A stretch of DNA of 64,000 nucleotides from Mobula hypostoma (taxonomy: Eukaryota), in the NCBI RefSeq assembly GCF_963921235.1, contig NC_086108.1, positions 57,910,001 through 57,974,000 of the forward strand, read 5' to 3'. Position 1 is the first letter of the stretch. Each line of letters begins with the position of its first letter. The notes beneath the pieces are model-generated. The model made no database searches. It had not been told where the DNA came from and saw only the letters and a list, made by a program, of their open reading frames with translations. The translations under genes and the position numbers were made by a program. Of this stretch, positions 50,025 to 63,624 are shown one piece after another.

Positions 50025-50470
50025 TCATAATACATAGGAGCAGAATTAGGCCATTTGGCCCATCAAATCTGCTTTACCATTCCATCATGCTAATTTATTA
50101 TTCCACTCAACCCATTCTCCTGCTGTCTCCCCGTAACCGATGAAGCCCTTACTATCAAGAACCTATCACCTTCTGCTCAGTGACTTGGCCTCCCCAACCG
50201 TGTATGCCAAGAAATTTCACAGATTCACACCCAATGGATAAAGAAGTTCCTCTTTATCTCAGTTCTAACTGAAACTCCTTGTATTCTATCTGTGCTATTG
50301 GCCCTAGACTCTCCTTGTATAGGAAGCATCCTCTCCACATCCATTTTGTCTCAGGCTTTCAATATTCGATAGGTTTCAGTAAGATTCACCCCGCCCTCCC
50401 CCATTCTTCAAAACTCCAGCAAGTTCAGGCGCAAAGCCAAAAAAAGCTGCTCATACGTTAACCCTTTCAT
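50025..50470 (-). mobile_element. CR1 3' fragment
   Basis: Same tail as 18600-19060 (cataggagcagaattaggccattt). Confidence 0.75.
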
Positions 50471-52409
50471 TCATAGAGTCACAGAAAAGTACAGCACAAA
50501 AACCGGCACTTCGGCCCATCCAGTCCATGCTAAACTATTTAATCTGCCTAGTCTCATTGACCTGAACTGGACCATAGCCCTCCATACCCCTGTCATCCAT
50601 GTACCCATCCAAACTTCTCTTATATATTGAAATCAAGCTTGCATGAAACACTTCACTGGCAGCTCATTTCACACTCACGACCTTTTGAGTGAAGAAGTAT
50701 CCCATCATGTTTTGCTTACACTTTTCACCTTTTACCCATAACCCATGACCTCTAGTTGTAGTCCCAACCAACTTCAGTGGAAAAAGCTTGCTTGCATTTA
50801 CCCTGTCTATACCCCTCATAATTTTGTATACCTCTATCAAATCTTCCCTCAATCTTCCATGTTCCAGGAAATAAAGCGCTAACCTGTTCAATCTTTCCCT
50901 ATAACTCAGATGCTCCAGTCCTGGCAACATCCTTGTAAATTTTCTTTGTACTCTTTCAACCTTATTTATATCTTTCCTCTAGGTAGGTGACCAAAACTGC
51001 ATGTGATACTCCAAATTAGGCCTCACCAATATCTTAAACAACTTCAACATATCATCCCATCTCTTGCACTCAATACTTTGATTTATGAGGACTAACATAC
51101 CAAAAGCTTGCTTTATGATCCTATCTAGTGACTCCACTCTCAATAAATTACGGACCTGTATTCCCAGATCCCTTTGTTCTACCACACTCCTCATGCTCTA
51201 CCGTTCACTGTGTAAGACTTACTCTGGTTGGTCCTACCGAAGTGCAACACTCGCATTTGCCTGCTGAAATTCCATCTGCCGTTTTTCAGCCCATTTTTCC
51301 AGCTGGTCCAGATCCTGCTGAAAGCTCTGATGGACTTCCGCACTGTCCACTACACTGGCAATTTTTGTGTTGTTCATAAATTTGCTGATCCAGTTGACCA
51401 CATTATCATTCAGATCGTTGACATAGATGACAAACAAGAACAGACCCAGCTCCAGTTCCTGCAGCATTCCAGACAGGCCTCCAGTCAGAGAGGCAACCAT
51501 CTACTACCACTCTCTGGCTCCTCCCACAAAGCCAATGTCTAATTCAATTCATCTTGAATGGCAAGCTGATGAACCTCCTTGACCAACCTCCCATGCAACA
51601 CCTTGAGAAAAGCCTTGCTAAAGTGCATGAAAATAATATCCACAACTTTGCATTCATCAACTTTCCTGGTAACTTCCGCAAAAAACTCTATAAGATTGGT
51701 TAGGCATGAGCTACCACGCACGAAGCCATGCTGACTATCCCTAATCAGTCCACATCTATCCAAATATTCATATACCCAATCCCTTAGAATACCTTCCAAT
51801 CACTTTCCCACTACTGATATTAGGCTCACTGGCCTATAATTTCCTGGTGTACTCTTAGAGCCTTTCTTAAACAACAGAACAACATTCGCTATCCTCCAAT
51901 CCTCTGGTACCTCTCCTGTCGCTAAAGATGATTTAAGTATCTCTGCTAGAGCTCCTGCAATTTCTGCACTTGCCTCCCATAGGGTCCAAGGAACACTTTG
52001 TCAGGCCTTGGGGATTTATCCACACTAATTTGCCTCAAGACAGCCAACACCTCTTCCTCTGTAATCTGTATCGGGTCCATGACCTCACTGCTGCTTTGTG
52101 TTGAGGCCAATTAGGGTAGATAAATCCCTCGGTCCTGAAAGGTGTTCCCTCAAATCCTGTGGGAGGCAAGTGCAGAAATCGCAGGGGCCCTAGTAGAGAT
52201 ATTTGAATCATCCTTCTATAGACAATGTATCTATGTCCTGCTTAAATACAACTGCAAAAAATCCATTTAAGATCTTCCCCATCTCTTTTGGCTCCACACA
52301 TGGATTACCATTCTGATCTTCCAGAGGACCAATTTTGTCTCTTGCAATCCTTTTGCTCTTAACCAATCTGTAGAATCCTTTAGGATTCTCCTTCACCTGT
52401 CTGCTAGAG

Positions 52410-53587
52410 CAGCGGTCCCCAACCACCGGGCCACAAAGCATGCGCTACCGGGCTGCGAGGAAACGATATGATTTGGTGATATGAGTCAGCTGCACCTTTC
52501 CTCATTCCCTGTCACGCCCACTGTTGAGCTATTACACACGCGAGGTCATTACCCGCGCATCATCCATGTCAGCGCGGGAAGATGATTAACTCCTCGAGCT
52601 TGCAAATGACGGCGGGCTGAAAAGTATGTTTCACATAACATCTCTGCCGGCATTCTAGATCTCAAAGTCAAGGCTAAATACCTGTATCCCGAGATAGCCA
52701 CGAAAGCACTGAAAACGTTGCTTCCATTTCCAACATACCTCTGCAATGAATGCAACGAGGACACAAGGAACCCCCTTCGAGTATCACTGTCTCCCATCAC
52801 CCCTCGATAGGACCATCTTGTTGCAGGAAAACAAGCCCAGGGCTCCCACTGATTCAGCGATATTGGTGTGTTGCAATGATTTTATATGTTCATGCGGGGA
52901 AAATATGTGCTGTGTGTTTAATATCCAAACGTTACTTAAAATGTTATGATGCTATTGACTTACTTATATAACCATATAACAATTACAGCACGGAAACAGG
53001 CCATCTCTCCCCTTCTAGTCCGTGCCGAATGCTACTCTCACCTAATCCCACCGACCTGCACTCAGCCCATAACCCTCCATTCCTTTCCTGTTCATATACC
53101 TATCCAATTTTTCTTTAAATGATAATATGGAACCTGCCTCTACCACTTCTACCGGAAGTTCGTTCAATACTTACTTCAAGCTCCCCTGTCCTCCCCTGAT
53201 AACTGACATCGCTTTTTTCATGCGAGGAAGATATGTGCTGTGTGTTTAATAGTAAATTCGTTAGATAAACCCTTTTAGAAACAAAATTGAGTGTATTAGC
53301 CACTTATCACCAATATTTCAGTCATGATTAACCCCCTTCCCCCCGAACAGAATCGCCGAAAACGATTTGTAGAAAAAAGTCGGCGTATATACGCATGCGC
53401 AAATCACGCATGTGCACTGGTGCCCACGCAAGGCTTCATGGTCATTGTAGTCTCGGAGTAAACAACGTATTTGACTGCTACTCTTGTCCGTTGGCAACCC
53501 TACCCCCCCCCCCGGGGTCAGCTGGTCCGCAAGAATATTGTCAATATGAAACCGGTCCAGAGTGCAAAAAAGGTTGGGGACCCCCTG
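52410..53587 (+). mobile_element. Non-autonomous hAT (Buster/Charlie-type), copy 1
   Basis: TIRs cagcggtccccaacc / ggttggggaccccctg; perfect 8-bp TSD TGCTAGAG (52402-09, 53588-95). Confidence 0.92.
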
Positions 53588-55638
53588 TGCTAGAGCAACC
53601 TCATGCCTTCTCAGGGCGTTAATATCTCTTGAAAATCAAGTTTCCCTAAACCTGTTTTCTTTACCTTTTGTTCTGACAGGCACATAACAAGCTTCATACT
53701 CTCAAAATTTCACTTTTGAAGGACTCCTACTTACGAAGTACACTTTGCCAGAAAACACACTTGCCAGATCCTTTCTGATACCATCAGAATTGGCCTTTCT
53801 CTAAGTTAGAATCTCAACCCACGGACCAGACCTATCTCTTTTATATATTTACTGTGAAACTAATGGCATTGTGATCACTAGATGCAAAGTGTTCCCCTAC
53901 ACAATCTTCTGTGACATGTCCTATCTCATTCCCTAATAGGATATCAAGTTTCACACACACTGTCTCATTAGGACATTTATATACTGATTAAGGAAACTTT
54001 CCTGAACACATTTGACAAGCTCTATCCCATCTGGTCCCTTTACACAGTATGAATGTCCCAATCAATACGTGGAACTTTAAAACACGTACTACAACCACCT
54101 TATGTTTCTTGCAAAAGTCTGAGTTCTCGCTACAAATTTGTTTGTCTAAATCCTGCACTGTTACTGGTCTATAATATAGCCTCATTAGTGTGGTCATACC
54201 TTTATTATTCCTTAGTTTCACCCATAAAGCCTCACCAGACGAGTTCTCCAGTCTGTCCCAACTGAGCACTACCGTGACATTTTCCCTGAACGGCAATGCC
54301 ATCTCTCCCACTCTGCTGTGTTGAAAATGATGGAACTCCGGAATATTGAGCTGCCAGTCCTGTCCCTCCTGCAATAATTCCATGTGTTGATCCATACCTG
54401 AGATCATCTGCCTTTTCTACAATACTTCTTGCATTGAAATACATGCAGCTCAGAACACTAGTCGCACCATGCTCAACCATTAGATTCTTGAATTTTTCTG
54501 AGGTCTTAACAACTTCTGTCTCTACAACATCTCTACTATCTGTTCTGGCACTCTGGATCCCATCCCCCTGCAACTCTAGTTTAAACTCCAAGCCTCCCCC
54601 CATGCAACACCAGCAAACCTTTCTGCTGGGATATTAGTATACCCTCCAGTTCAGGTACAAACTGTCTCTTCTGTATCGGTCTCACCTTCCCTGGAAGAGA
54701 GCCCAACGATCCAAAAATCTGACACTCTCCCTCCTACACCAACTCCTTAGCCACATGTTAAACTGTAAGACTTTCCTATTTTTGGCCTCACTAGCGTAAG
54801 ACATGGGTAGCAATCCTGAGATAACATCCCTGGAGGGCTTTAACTTAGCACCTAACTCCATGAACTCACTTTGCAGAAACCTGGCACTCTTACTACCTGT
54901 GTCATTGGTACCTACATTGACCAAGACCTCTGGCTGCTCACCTTCCCACTTAGGAATACTGAAAACTCGATTCGAGATGTCTGGGAGTCTCATTCTCATC
55001 CACAGAACTTCCTTTCTGTTCTCCCCAGCTAATGAATTCCCTATCACCACAGCTCACCTTTTCTGCCCCCTTCCCTTCTGAGTCACAGAGCCAGACTCAG
55101 TGCTAGAAATCTGACTGCTATGATTTTCCTCTGCTAGGTCATCCCCCCAACAGTATCCAAAGTGGTGTACCTGTTGTTAAGGGGTGTGGCCACAGAGATA
55201 CTCTGTCACCCGGTCTCCTGAGTCCCGCACCTTGAGTGTAACTACCTCTCTATGTATCTTAGCTATCACCCACTCAGCCTCCCAAATGATCTGGAGTTCA
55301 GCCAATTCCAACTCCAACTCCTTATCACAGAGTGTTAGAAGCTGCAACTGGATGCACCTCTTGCAGGTGAAGCCATAAAGACACTGCCCTCCCACGTCTA
55401 GCAAGACGAGCATTCAACTATTCTGCCTAGCCCCTAGTGTTCTAGCTGTGCAAATATAAAGAAGGAAACCATAATAATCTGGAATAAAAACCTTCCAACA
55501 GCTTTTTTTTTGCCTTTTCTCACACAACCCTAAATGAGCTAAAATTTCAAATAAGCACTCTAACACAGTGCACTCCAACAAAGGCCATCTGCTTGCCTCT
55601 GCCTTGTTCTTATTTGTTATTGCCAATCAATCCTGATC

Positions 55639-55866
55639 GCTGATTGGCCGCTGTTAAGAAACCGAACGGCCATGAATCAATCAATGCCTTATGTACTCAA
55701 CTGGCAAACCTGAGTGAGCTGTCTCTTCTCAAACTTCCAATTGCTGATTGGCCTCTGTTCAAACACCAAAACTATCGCGAATCAATGTCTTATGTACTCA
55801 ATCAGTGAACCTGAGTGAGCTATATCTTCTCATGCTTCCAATTGCTAATTGCCCTCTAGTTAAGCA
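55639..55866 (-). repeat. Tandem ~101-104 bp monomers (2 plus a partial) at the CR1 5' end
   Basis: Units start at 55639, 55743 and 55844; the two full units carry gctgATTGG (CCAAT on the element strand). Confidence 0.8.
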
Positions 55867-56959
55867 CAGGATAATTCTCCTGAACTGCCTCTCAACACCC
55901 TTGATTGTTTTAGCCCTAATGCACCCATTTAGTGACCATATAAGAATGAAGTCTAATTTCTGGGGATTAGTTTTACAGTAGCTGTAGGTCTTGTGACAGT
56001 ATTCTCTTAGACATAATGAATTTCTTTGAGATTTGCCTTCATGTGTTTGCTGTAACATTTTTTAATGCACAAGAGGAAGATAAAAGACCGGAACACAAAA
56101 GAAAGGAATGTAGAAAAGCCACAGGCTTGACACTCACGCTCAGGCTGGATCACTATTTAGTCACTGATAAAGTAAAGGCAGCATGTGTGTCAGAGATATT
56201 TTTAATTTTGTCGCATACCATCTGTGAGCTTTCAACCTCCAATTGACAAGGATGGAGGTGTATCACTTACCATCATGTCACCTTCCTTTATAACTGTAAA
56301 GGTGAATTATTTGTGCTGAGCTACCTCCAGTCCTCGGCGTATCTCCTGTTTCTACACTCTCATCTTCTTTAAGGAGAAATTGGTAGATCTGTGAGTGAGC
56401 TGTTCATTAATATATCTGATCGTAACAATACATTCAGTGTCTAAGGATTGAGCTAGATGGCAACAAAGGGTATTTATACGAGAAGGTATATAAACCTGGC
56501 AAGGGATGTATGTTGTTGAAAATTGCATGTATCTGAGAAAAGTTATGAGAAGAAAATTTGCCAGCAATGAAAAGAATAAGCCCACTGCTGGAAAACGTAG
56601 GTGAATCAGCAAATATAATCATTTTCCTAGTCCAGATGGAGCTCTACATTATTCTAGCACTGCATTGCAGTATAATATGCTTTCATCTCACCATCCTCAC
56701 CACAGTTATCTTCCTCCGGTTGCATAATGCAGATCCCTTAGGCTACTGGTTAAGCCCAATAGTAGGTCAAGAGAAACATTCCTGAATCTGTGTGTTGCCC
56801 TAGTTTTTTTTTCGGAAATCACGCTGAATTTTTTCTAACTTCTCCAAATAACCTGTGTGCGATTGCCCTTTAAGTAGTGGAATTCATATCTTGTCATATG
56901 GCTCACACAGACTGGAGATGAAAGACAGAATGAGGGAGCAAACATCAGTTAAGCTTAAG

Positions 56960-57372
56960 TCAGAATTGGAATCAAAATCAGGTTTATTATCAGTGATGTA
57001 CAGTACATTGTGAAATTTGTTGTTTTGTGACAGCAGTACAGTGCTTTTTCCTGATTCTGTGCTGTGGCCTCTCCATACCTGATGGTGATGCAAACAGCTC
57101 GAGTGCTCTCAACAGTGCATCAGTGGAAATTTGTGAGTGTCTTAGGTGACATACCAAATCTCCTCAAACTCCTAATGAAATATTGCCTCTGGTATGCCTT
57201 ATTCATAGTCTCATCAATATGTTAGGCCCAGGATAGATCTTCAGAGATGTTCATACCCAGGAAATTGGAACTGTCCCATCCTGTCCATTGCTGACCCCTC
57301 AATGAGGACTGGTGCGTATTCCCTTAACTTCCACTTCCTGAAGTCCACATAAAACCCTTGGTCTTACTAACA
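56960..57372 (-). mobile_element. Rex1/Babar-like LINE 3' fragment
   Basis: Tail (gaatcaaaatcaggtttattatc) and body similar to 24820-25110. Confidence 0.6.
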
Positions 57373-57544
57373 CATAAGTTAAAGGTTCTAGCCCATGAAA
57401 TCAAGTGGCTAACTTTCAGACGTTTTGCAAGCATTTCTGACCTCATGCTGCCTCACTGGGAACCTGTTTTCCTAGGAAACTGGGGATATTGCTTTAGGCT
57501 GCAATGTAAGTAATTTTACAAATTTATATACAGTGCACTGTTAA

Positions 57545-57900
57545 GACTTCTCTTTTCTTTTTAACTTGATAAGCAGCCTCATGTGTGGCACCTTGTCAAA
57601 GGCCTTCTGAAAGTCCAAATATAAAACATCCACTCCATCCCCTTTATCTATCCTACTTGTAATCTCCTCAAAGAATTCCAACAGGTTTATCAGGCAAGAT
57701 TTTACATAACACCCAATCCAGTATAGCTGATCCAAGTATGCTCAATGATAAACTGCTCTCATAGGCATTCAACAGACCCACTCTCTTGAGATCCATTCCC
57801 AGTCTGAATTTTCCAATTGAACCTGCATGTTAAAATCTGCCATGATAGTCATAACATTGCCCTTTTGACATGCCTTTTCTATTTCCTGTTGTAATTTGTA
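57545..57900 (-). mobile_element. Rearranged CR1 fragment (endonuclease piece fused to RT piece)
   Basis: Minus ORF 57541-57735 SCLINLLEFFEEITSRIDKG..YLDFQKAFDKVPH; 57710-57900 is an inverted homologue of 58330-59090 lacking the MITE. Confidence 0.7.
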
Positions 57901-58452
57901 ATTATAATAGGGCAAAATTGCAGTCAGTTGGATGATTTGAAGTGCAACATAGGGGCAAAATTGAAAAGGGCAATGAATATAGGACTGAGGGTGCTATAAT
58001 TGAATGCACACAGTGTTCAGAATAAGGTAGATGTTCTTGTAGTCAAGTCAGAGATTGGCAGGTATGACATTGTAGGCATCACTGAGTCGTGGCTGAACCA
58101 AGGTCATAGTTGGGAGTTTAACATCCAAGGATACATCTTGTACTGAAAGGACATGTAGGTATTCAGAAGGGTTGGGTGGCTCTGTTGTTAAGATATGAAA
58201 TCAAATCCTTAAAAGAGGAGACCTAGTATAGGAAGATATAAAATCCTTGTGAGTAGAGTTAAGAAATTGCAAGGGTAAAACGATCCTGATGGGAGTTATA
58301 TACAGGCCTACAAATTGTTAGCCAGGAAGTGGGGTTTAAATTACAACAGAAGATAGAAAAGGCATGTAAGAAAGGGTAATGTTACAATAGTCATGAGAGA
58401 TTTTAATATGCAGGTAGATTAGAAGAATCAGTTTGGTGCTGTATACCAATAG

Positions 58453-59032
58453 CAGACATCCCACCTATCCCGGAAGTTCCGGGAGTCTCCCGCATATTAA
58501 TAGTCGCTCCCTGATGCCCGCAAATTATATACAATATCACAGATATCCATTTTTTTGAGAGTGAGCAAGACAAAGCAAGAGAGAGCGCAAGAGCGACCAC
58601 AAGAGAGAGCGCACGCGAGAGAGAGAGGGAGAGTAAGCAAGTGAGAGAGAAAGCAAGCGAGAGCACTTGAAAGTGCGTGAGCGAGAGCGCACCATGGCAC
58701 AGTGTTCCAAAAAATATATAAAATGTACGTCATCCCAAACTACAATAAAGTGTACCCCTGCCTAATAGGGGTCAAAATAATGACAGTGTTGCTCACTGCA
58801 CTGTTTGCAACAGTGTCTTTTCTATTGCCCATGGTAGGTTAAGACTGTAAAAGATGTGTTGAGGTGAGTTTAACAGGTGTCATTCATTCATTAGCTTAGC
58901 TAACGTTATTTAAACTAGCTGGCCAGCTGCTAAGGAGCTACTCTACTGCAGACATCCCACCTCTCCCGGAAGTATCCTGCAAATTGATGGTGCTACCTCC
59001 CTTAAATGAGTTTTTGCAGGGTGGGATGTCTG
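58453..59032. mobile_element. MITE with TIR CAGACATCCCACC
   Basis: Perfect 13-14 bp TIRs, subterminal TCCCG/CGGGA repeats, internal copy of the left end at ~58948; flanks CAATAG / CAAGAG. Confidence 0.8.
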
Positions 59033-60497
59033 CAAGAGATGGAATTTGTAGAATCCCTATAAGATGGCTTTTTAGAACAGCTTGTATTTTTCCCACTGGA
59101 GAAAAGGCAATTCTGGACTGTGTGAACCAGATTTGGTCAGGGAGCTTAAAGTAAACAAACCCTTTGGAGACAGTGATAGTAATATGTTAAAATTCACCCT
59201 GTGGTTTGAATGGGAGAAGATAGAGACATGCGTATCATTATTACAGTGGAGTAAGGGGACTTACAGAGGCAAGAGAGAGGTGCTAGCTAAAGTTGATTAG
59301 AACGGGACATTAGCTGTGATGACAGCAGAACAACACCGGCTGGAGTTTCTGTGGGCAATTCAGACAGTGCAAGAAAGATGCATCCCAAAGATGAAGAAAT
59401 ATTCTAAAAGCAGGATGAGGCAAGTGTGGCTGATCAGGGAAGTCAAAGACAGCATAAAAGCAAAAGAGATGGCATATAACATAGCAAAAGTTAGTGAGGT
59501 TGGAGGATTGGGAAGCTTTTAAAAATCAGCAGAAGTCAACTAAAATGTCATAAGGAGAGAAAAGATAAAATATGAAGGTAAACTAGTCAATAATATAAAA
59601 TTCCAGAAGTTTTTTCACATATACTGTATAAAGAGTGTGTGAGAGAGAGAGGGAGAGAGAGAGAGACAAGAGTGGATATTGGACTGGTGAAGAGGTAGTA
59701 ATGGGGGACAAAGAAATGATGGACAAACTTAATAAGTATTTTGCATCAGACTTCGCTGTGGAAGACACTAGCAGTAGGTCAGAAATTAGAGAATTTAAGG
59801 GGGCAGAAAGAGTGCCATTACTATTACCAGAGAGAAGGTGCTTGGAAGCTGAAAGATGTGAAGGTCGATAAGTCATCTGGACCAGATGAACTGCACCCCA
59901 GGATTCTGAAATAGGTAGCTGAAGAGATTGTGGAGGCATTGGTAATGACCTTTCAAGAATCACTAGACTCTGGAATGGTTCTGGAGGACCGGAAATGTTA
60001 CACCACTCTTTAAGAAGGGAGGGAGGCCGAAGAAAGGAAAATATAGGCCAGTTAGCCTGATTTCAGAAGTTAGGAAGATGTTGGAGTCCATTATTGAGGA
60101 TGAGGTTTTGGGGTACTTGGAGACATATAAAAAATAGGTCAAAGTCAGCATGGTTTTCTTAAGGGGAAACCTTGCCTGACAAATCTGTTGCAATGTTTTG
60201 AGGAAATAACGGAGAAGATAGACAAATGAGGGTCATTAGATGATGTTTACATGGATTTTCAGAAGGCCTTTTATCAAGGTGTTGCACTCAACTATCAAGG
60301 TGAGGCTGCTTAAAATAAGAGTCCATGGTATTACAGGGAAGATACTAACATCTATAGAACGTTAGCTGACTAGCTGGAGGCAAAAAGTGGGAATAAAGGG
60401 GCATTTTCTGGTTGGCTGCCCATGACTAGTGGTGATCTGCAGTGGTTGGTGTTGGGAACACTTATTTTCATGATATATATAGGTCAATGGTTTGTAT

Positions 60498-61704
60498 CAG
60501 CGGTTCCCAACCACCGGGCCACAAAGCATGTGCTACTGGGCCGCGAGGAAATGATGAGAGTCAGCTGCACCCTTCCTCATTCCCTGTCACGGCCACTGTT
60601 GAGCCATTACACATGCGAGGTCATTACCCGCGTGTCATCCGTGTCAACGCGGGAAGGAGATCAACTCCTCGAGCTTGCAAATGACGGCGGGCTGAAAAGT
60701 ATGTTTGACATAACATCTCTGCCGGCATTCTGGATCACAGTCAAGGCTAAATATCCTGAGATAGCCACGAAAGCACTGAAAACGTCGCTTCCATTTCCAA
60801 CATTTTTCTGCGAAGCGGAGTTTTCTGCAATGAATGCAACGAAAACTAAATTGCGGAATAGACTGGACATAAGGAACTCCCTTCGAGTATCACTGTCTCC
60901 CATCACCCCTCGATGGGACCGTCTTGTTGCAGGAAAACAAGCCCAGGGCTCCCACTGATTCAGCGATTTTGGTGTGTTGCAATGATTTTATATGTTCATA
61001 CGAGGAAAATATGTGCTGTGTGTTTAATATCCAAATGTTACTTGAAATGTTATGATGCTATTGACTTACTTATATAACCATTATAACAATTACAGTACAG
61101 AAACAGACCACCTCGACCCCTCTAGTCCGTGCCGAACGCTACTCTCACTTAGTCCCACCGACCTGCACTCAGCCCACAACCCTCCATTCCTTTCCTGTCC
61201 ATATACCTATCCAATTTTTCTTTAAATGATAATATCGAACCTGCCTCTACCACTTCTACTGGAAGTTTGCTCAACACTTACTTCAAGCTCCCCTGTCCTC
61301 CCCTGATAATTGACTTCTCACTATATTCACGCAAGGAAAATATGTGTTGTGTGTTTAATATTAAATTCATTAGATAAACCCTTTTAGAAACAAAATTGCG
61401 TGTATTAGCCACTTATCACCTATATTCCGGTCGTGATTAACCCACCCCCCCCGGACAGAATCGCCAAAAACGATTTGTAGGAAAATAAATTGGCAGGTAC
61501 ACACAAGGGCACTCATGCGCACTGGTGCCAGCGCAAGGCTTCATTGTCATTGTAGTCTTTCTCTGGGTAAACACAACATATTTGACTGCTACTCTTGTCC
61601 GTTGGCAACCCAACCCACCCCCTCCCCCCCTCCGGTCGACCAGTCCGCAAGAATATTGTCAATATTAAACCGGTCCGCAGTGCAAAAAAGGTTGGGGACC
61701 CCTG
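60498..61704 (+). mobile_element. Non-autonomous hAT (Buster/Charlie-type), copy 2
   Basis: Same TIRs; TSD GTTTGTAT/GTTTGGAT; C-terminal dimerisation remnant FWITVKAKYPEIATKALK..LPFPT..CEAEFSAM..TKTKLRNRL...KQAQGSH. Confidence 0.92.
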
Positions 61705-62054
61705 GTTTGGATGATGGAATATGGCCAAGTTTGCAGACAATACAAAGATAGGTGGAAGGATATGCAATGTTGAGGAAGCAATACTGCAAAAGGCCTTAGG
61801 AGAATGGACAAAGAAGTGGCAGATAGAGTATAGTGCAGGGAAGTGTATAGTCATGCATTTTGCTAAAAGGAATAAAGGCGTAAACTATTTTCTAAATGGA
61901 GAGAAATTCAAAAGTGAGAGGTGCAAGGGGACTTGGAAGTCCTTGTGCAGGATTCCCCAAAGGTTAACTTGTAGGTAGAGTTGGTGTCAAGGTAGGAAAA
62001 TGCAATGTTAGCATTCATTTTGAGAAGACTTGAATATAAGAGCAAGGATGTAAT

Positions 62055-62495
62055 ACTTTATTGTCGCCAAACAATTGATACTAGAACGTACAATCATCAC
62101 AGCAATATTTGATTCTGCGCTTCGCGCTCCCTGGAGTACAAGTCGATAGCAAATATTAAAAATTTAAATTATAAATCATAAATAGAAAATTGAAAGGGGA
62201 AAGTAAAATAGTCCAAAAAAACCGAGAGGCAGGTCCGGATATTTGGAGGGTACGGCTCAGATCCGGGTCAGGATCTGTTCAGCAGTCTTATCACAGTTGG
62301 AAAGAAGCTGTTCCCAAATCTGGCCGTACGAGTCATCAAGCTCCTGAGCCTTCTCCCGGAGGGAAGAGGGACGAAAAGTGTGTTGGCTGGGTGGGTTGTG
62401 TCCTTGATTATCCTGGCAGCACTGCTCCGACAGCGTGTAGTGTAAAGTGAGTCTAAGGACGGAAGATTGGTTTGTGTGATGTGCTGGGCTGTGTT
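62055..62495 (-). mobile_element. Younger Rex1/Babar-like LINE 3' fragment
   Basis: Minus ORF LPSLDSLYTTRCRSSAARIIKDTTHPANTLFVPLPSGRRLRS...FGNSFFPTVIRLLN; CpGs retained. Confidence 0.75.
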
Positions 62496-63624
62496 CTGAA
62501 GCTTATCAGGCACTGTCAGATCACACTTGCAGTATTATGAGCAATTTTGGGCCCTTTATTTAAGAAAATATGTGCTGGCATTGGAGGGTGTTGAGAAGAA
62601 GATAATGATAATGATTCCAGGAATGAAAGGATTAACATATGGGGAGCATCTGATAGCTCTGGGCCTGTACTTGCTGGAGTTTATAAGACTGAAAGGAGAT
62701 CTCACTGAATATTGAAAGGTCTGGATAGAGTGGATGTGGAGAGGATATTTCCTATAGTGGGTGTCTCTAAGACCAGTGGCCACAGCCTCAGAATTGAGGG
62801 ACATCCATTTAGAACAGAGATGACGAAGAATTTTTTTAGCCAGAGGGAGTGAATCTGTGGAATTCATTGCCATACGTGGTTGTGGAGGTCGAGCCATTGA
62901 GTATATTTAAAGCGGAGGTTGATAGGCTCTTGATTATTCAGGGGGTCAACGGTTACGAGAAGGCGGCAAGAGAATGGGGGTGAGACAGATAAAAATATCA
63001 GCCATGATGAAATGGCAGAGCAGACTCAATAGGCTGAATAGCCTAATTCTGCTGTGGTCTTATTCAGTGACCCTTAGGTTTAGACTTCTTGGTCAGAAGA
63101 AAAAATTACCATTTAATTTGTTTTAGTAACTTTCTAAATTTTCAATGAGATAGCATTTAATATGGACTTAGATACAACCAGTCTGCAGGTAAGCCAAAGG
63201 AAAGAAATGCAAAGCACCAGCAGCCCAACTTCTTGATGTGGAGTCAGGAAGAGCATTGCTTCTGTGTTTGACTCCTTGCTCAGGACATTTATCATTTGGA
63301 TTCTTTGAACCCCAGTGATTCTATTAGGAATCACCAGCAAAGCTTGAAAACTTAATCCAATATAGAATTTTCTGAAAATGGCTGCAAATCTTATCCAATA
63401 TTTCTCATATTTCATGGGCACAATAATTGCCTAAAGTAAGCCTGACAAATTTAGCAGGTGTTCAAAAGTAAGCAAAAATGTTAGGCTATAATTCAGCAAA
63501 ATAAAACTCACATTGAATCTATTTTTCACCTGAAAATCAACCAGAATAACATTGAATTTAGGTTCCTCCAGTGTCACAAAAACCGTAATGGGTTTTATAC
63601 AGTTGCTATGTTGAGCATGAACCT

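Larger units (their letters stand above)
50471..55866 (-). mobile_element. Near full-length decayed CR1 LINE, interrupted by a hAT derivative
   Basis: Minus ORFs give ORF1 zinc finger (FTCKRCIQLQLL), esterase (VIGNSL, NVGTND, VISGLLP), endonuclease (CMYFNARSI) and RT (SQHGFVRGSSCLTNLIEFF); 5' tandem monomers. Confidence 0.88.
57905..63062 (+). mobile_element. CR1 ORF2 relic with three nested insertions
   Basis: Endonuclease (VGITESWL), RT (YRPVSL, QHGFL, KFADNTKIGG) and 3' tail; insertions at 58453, 60498 and ~62055. Confidence 0.85.
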
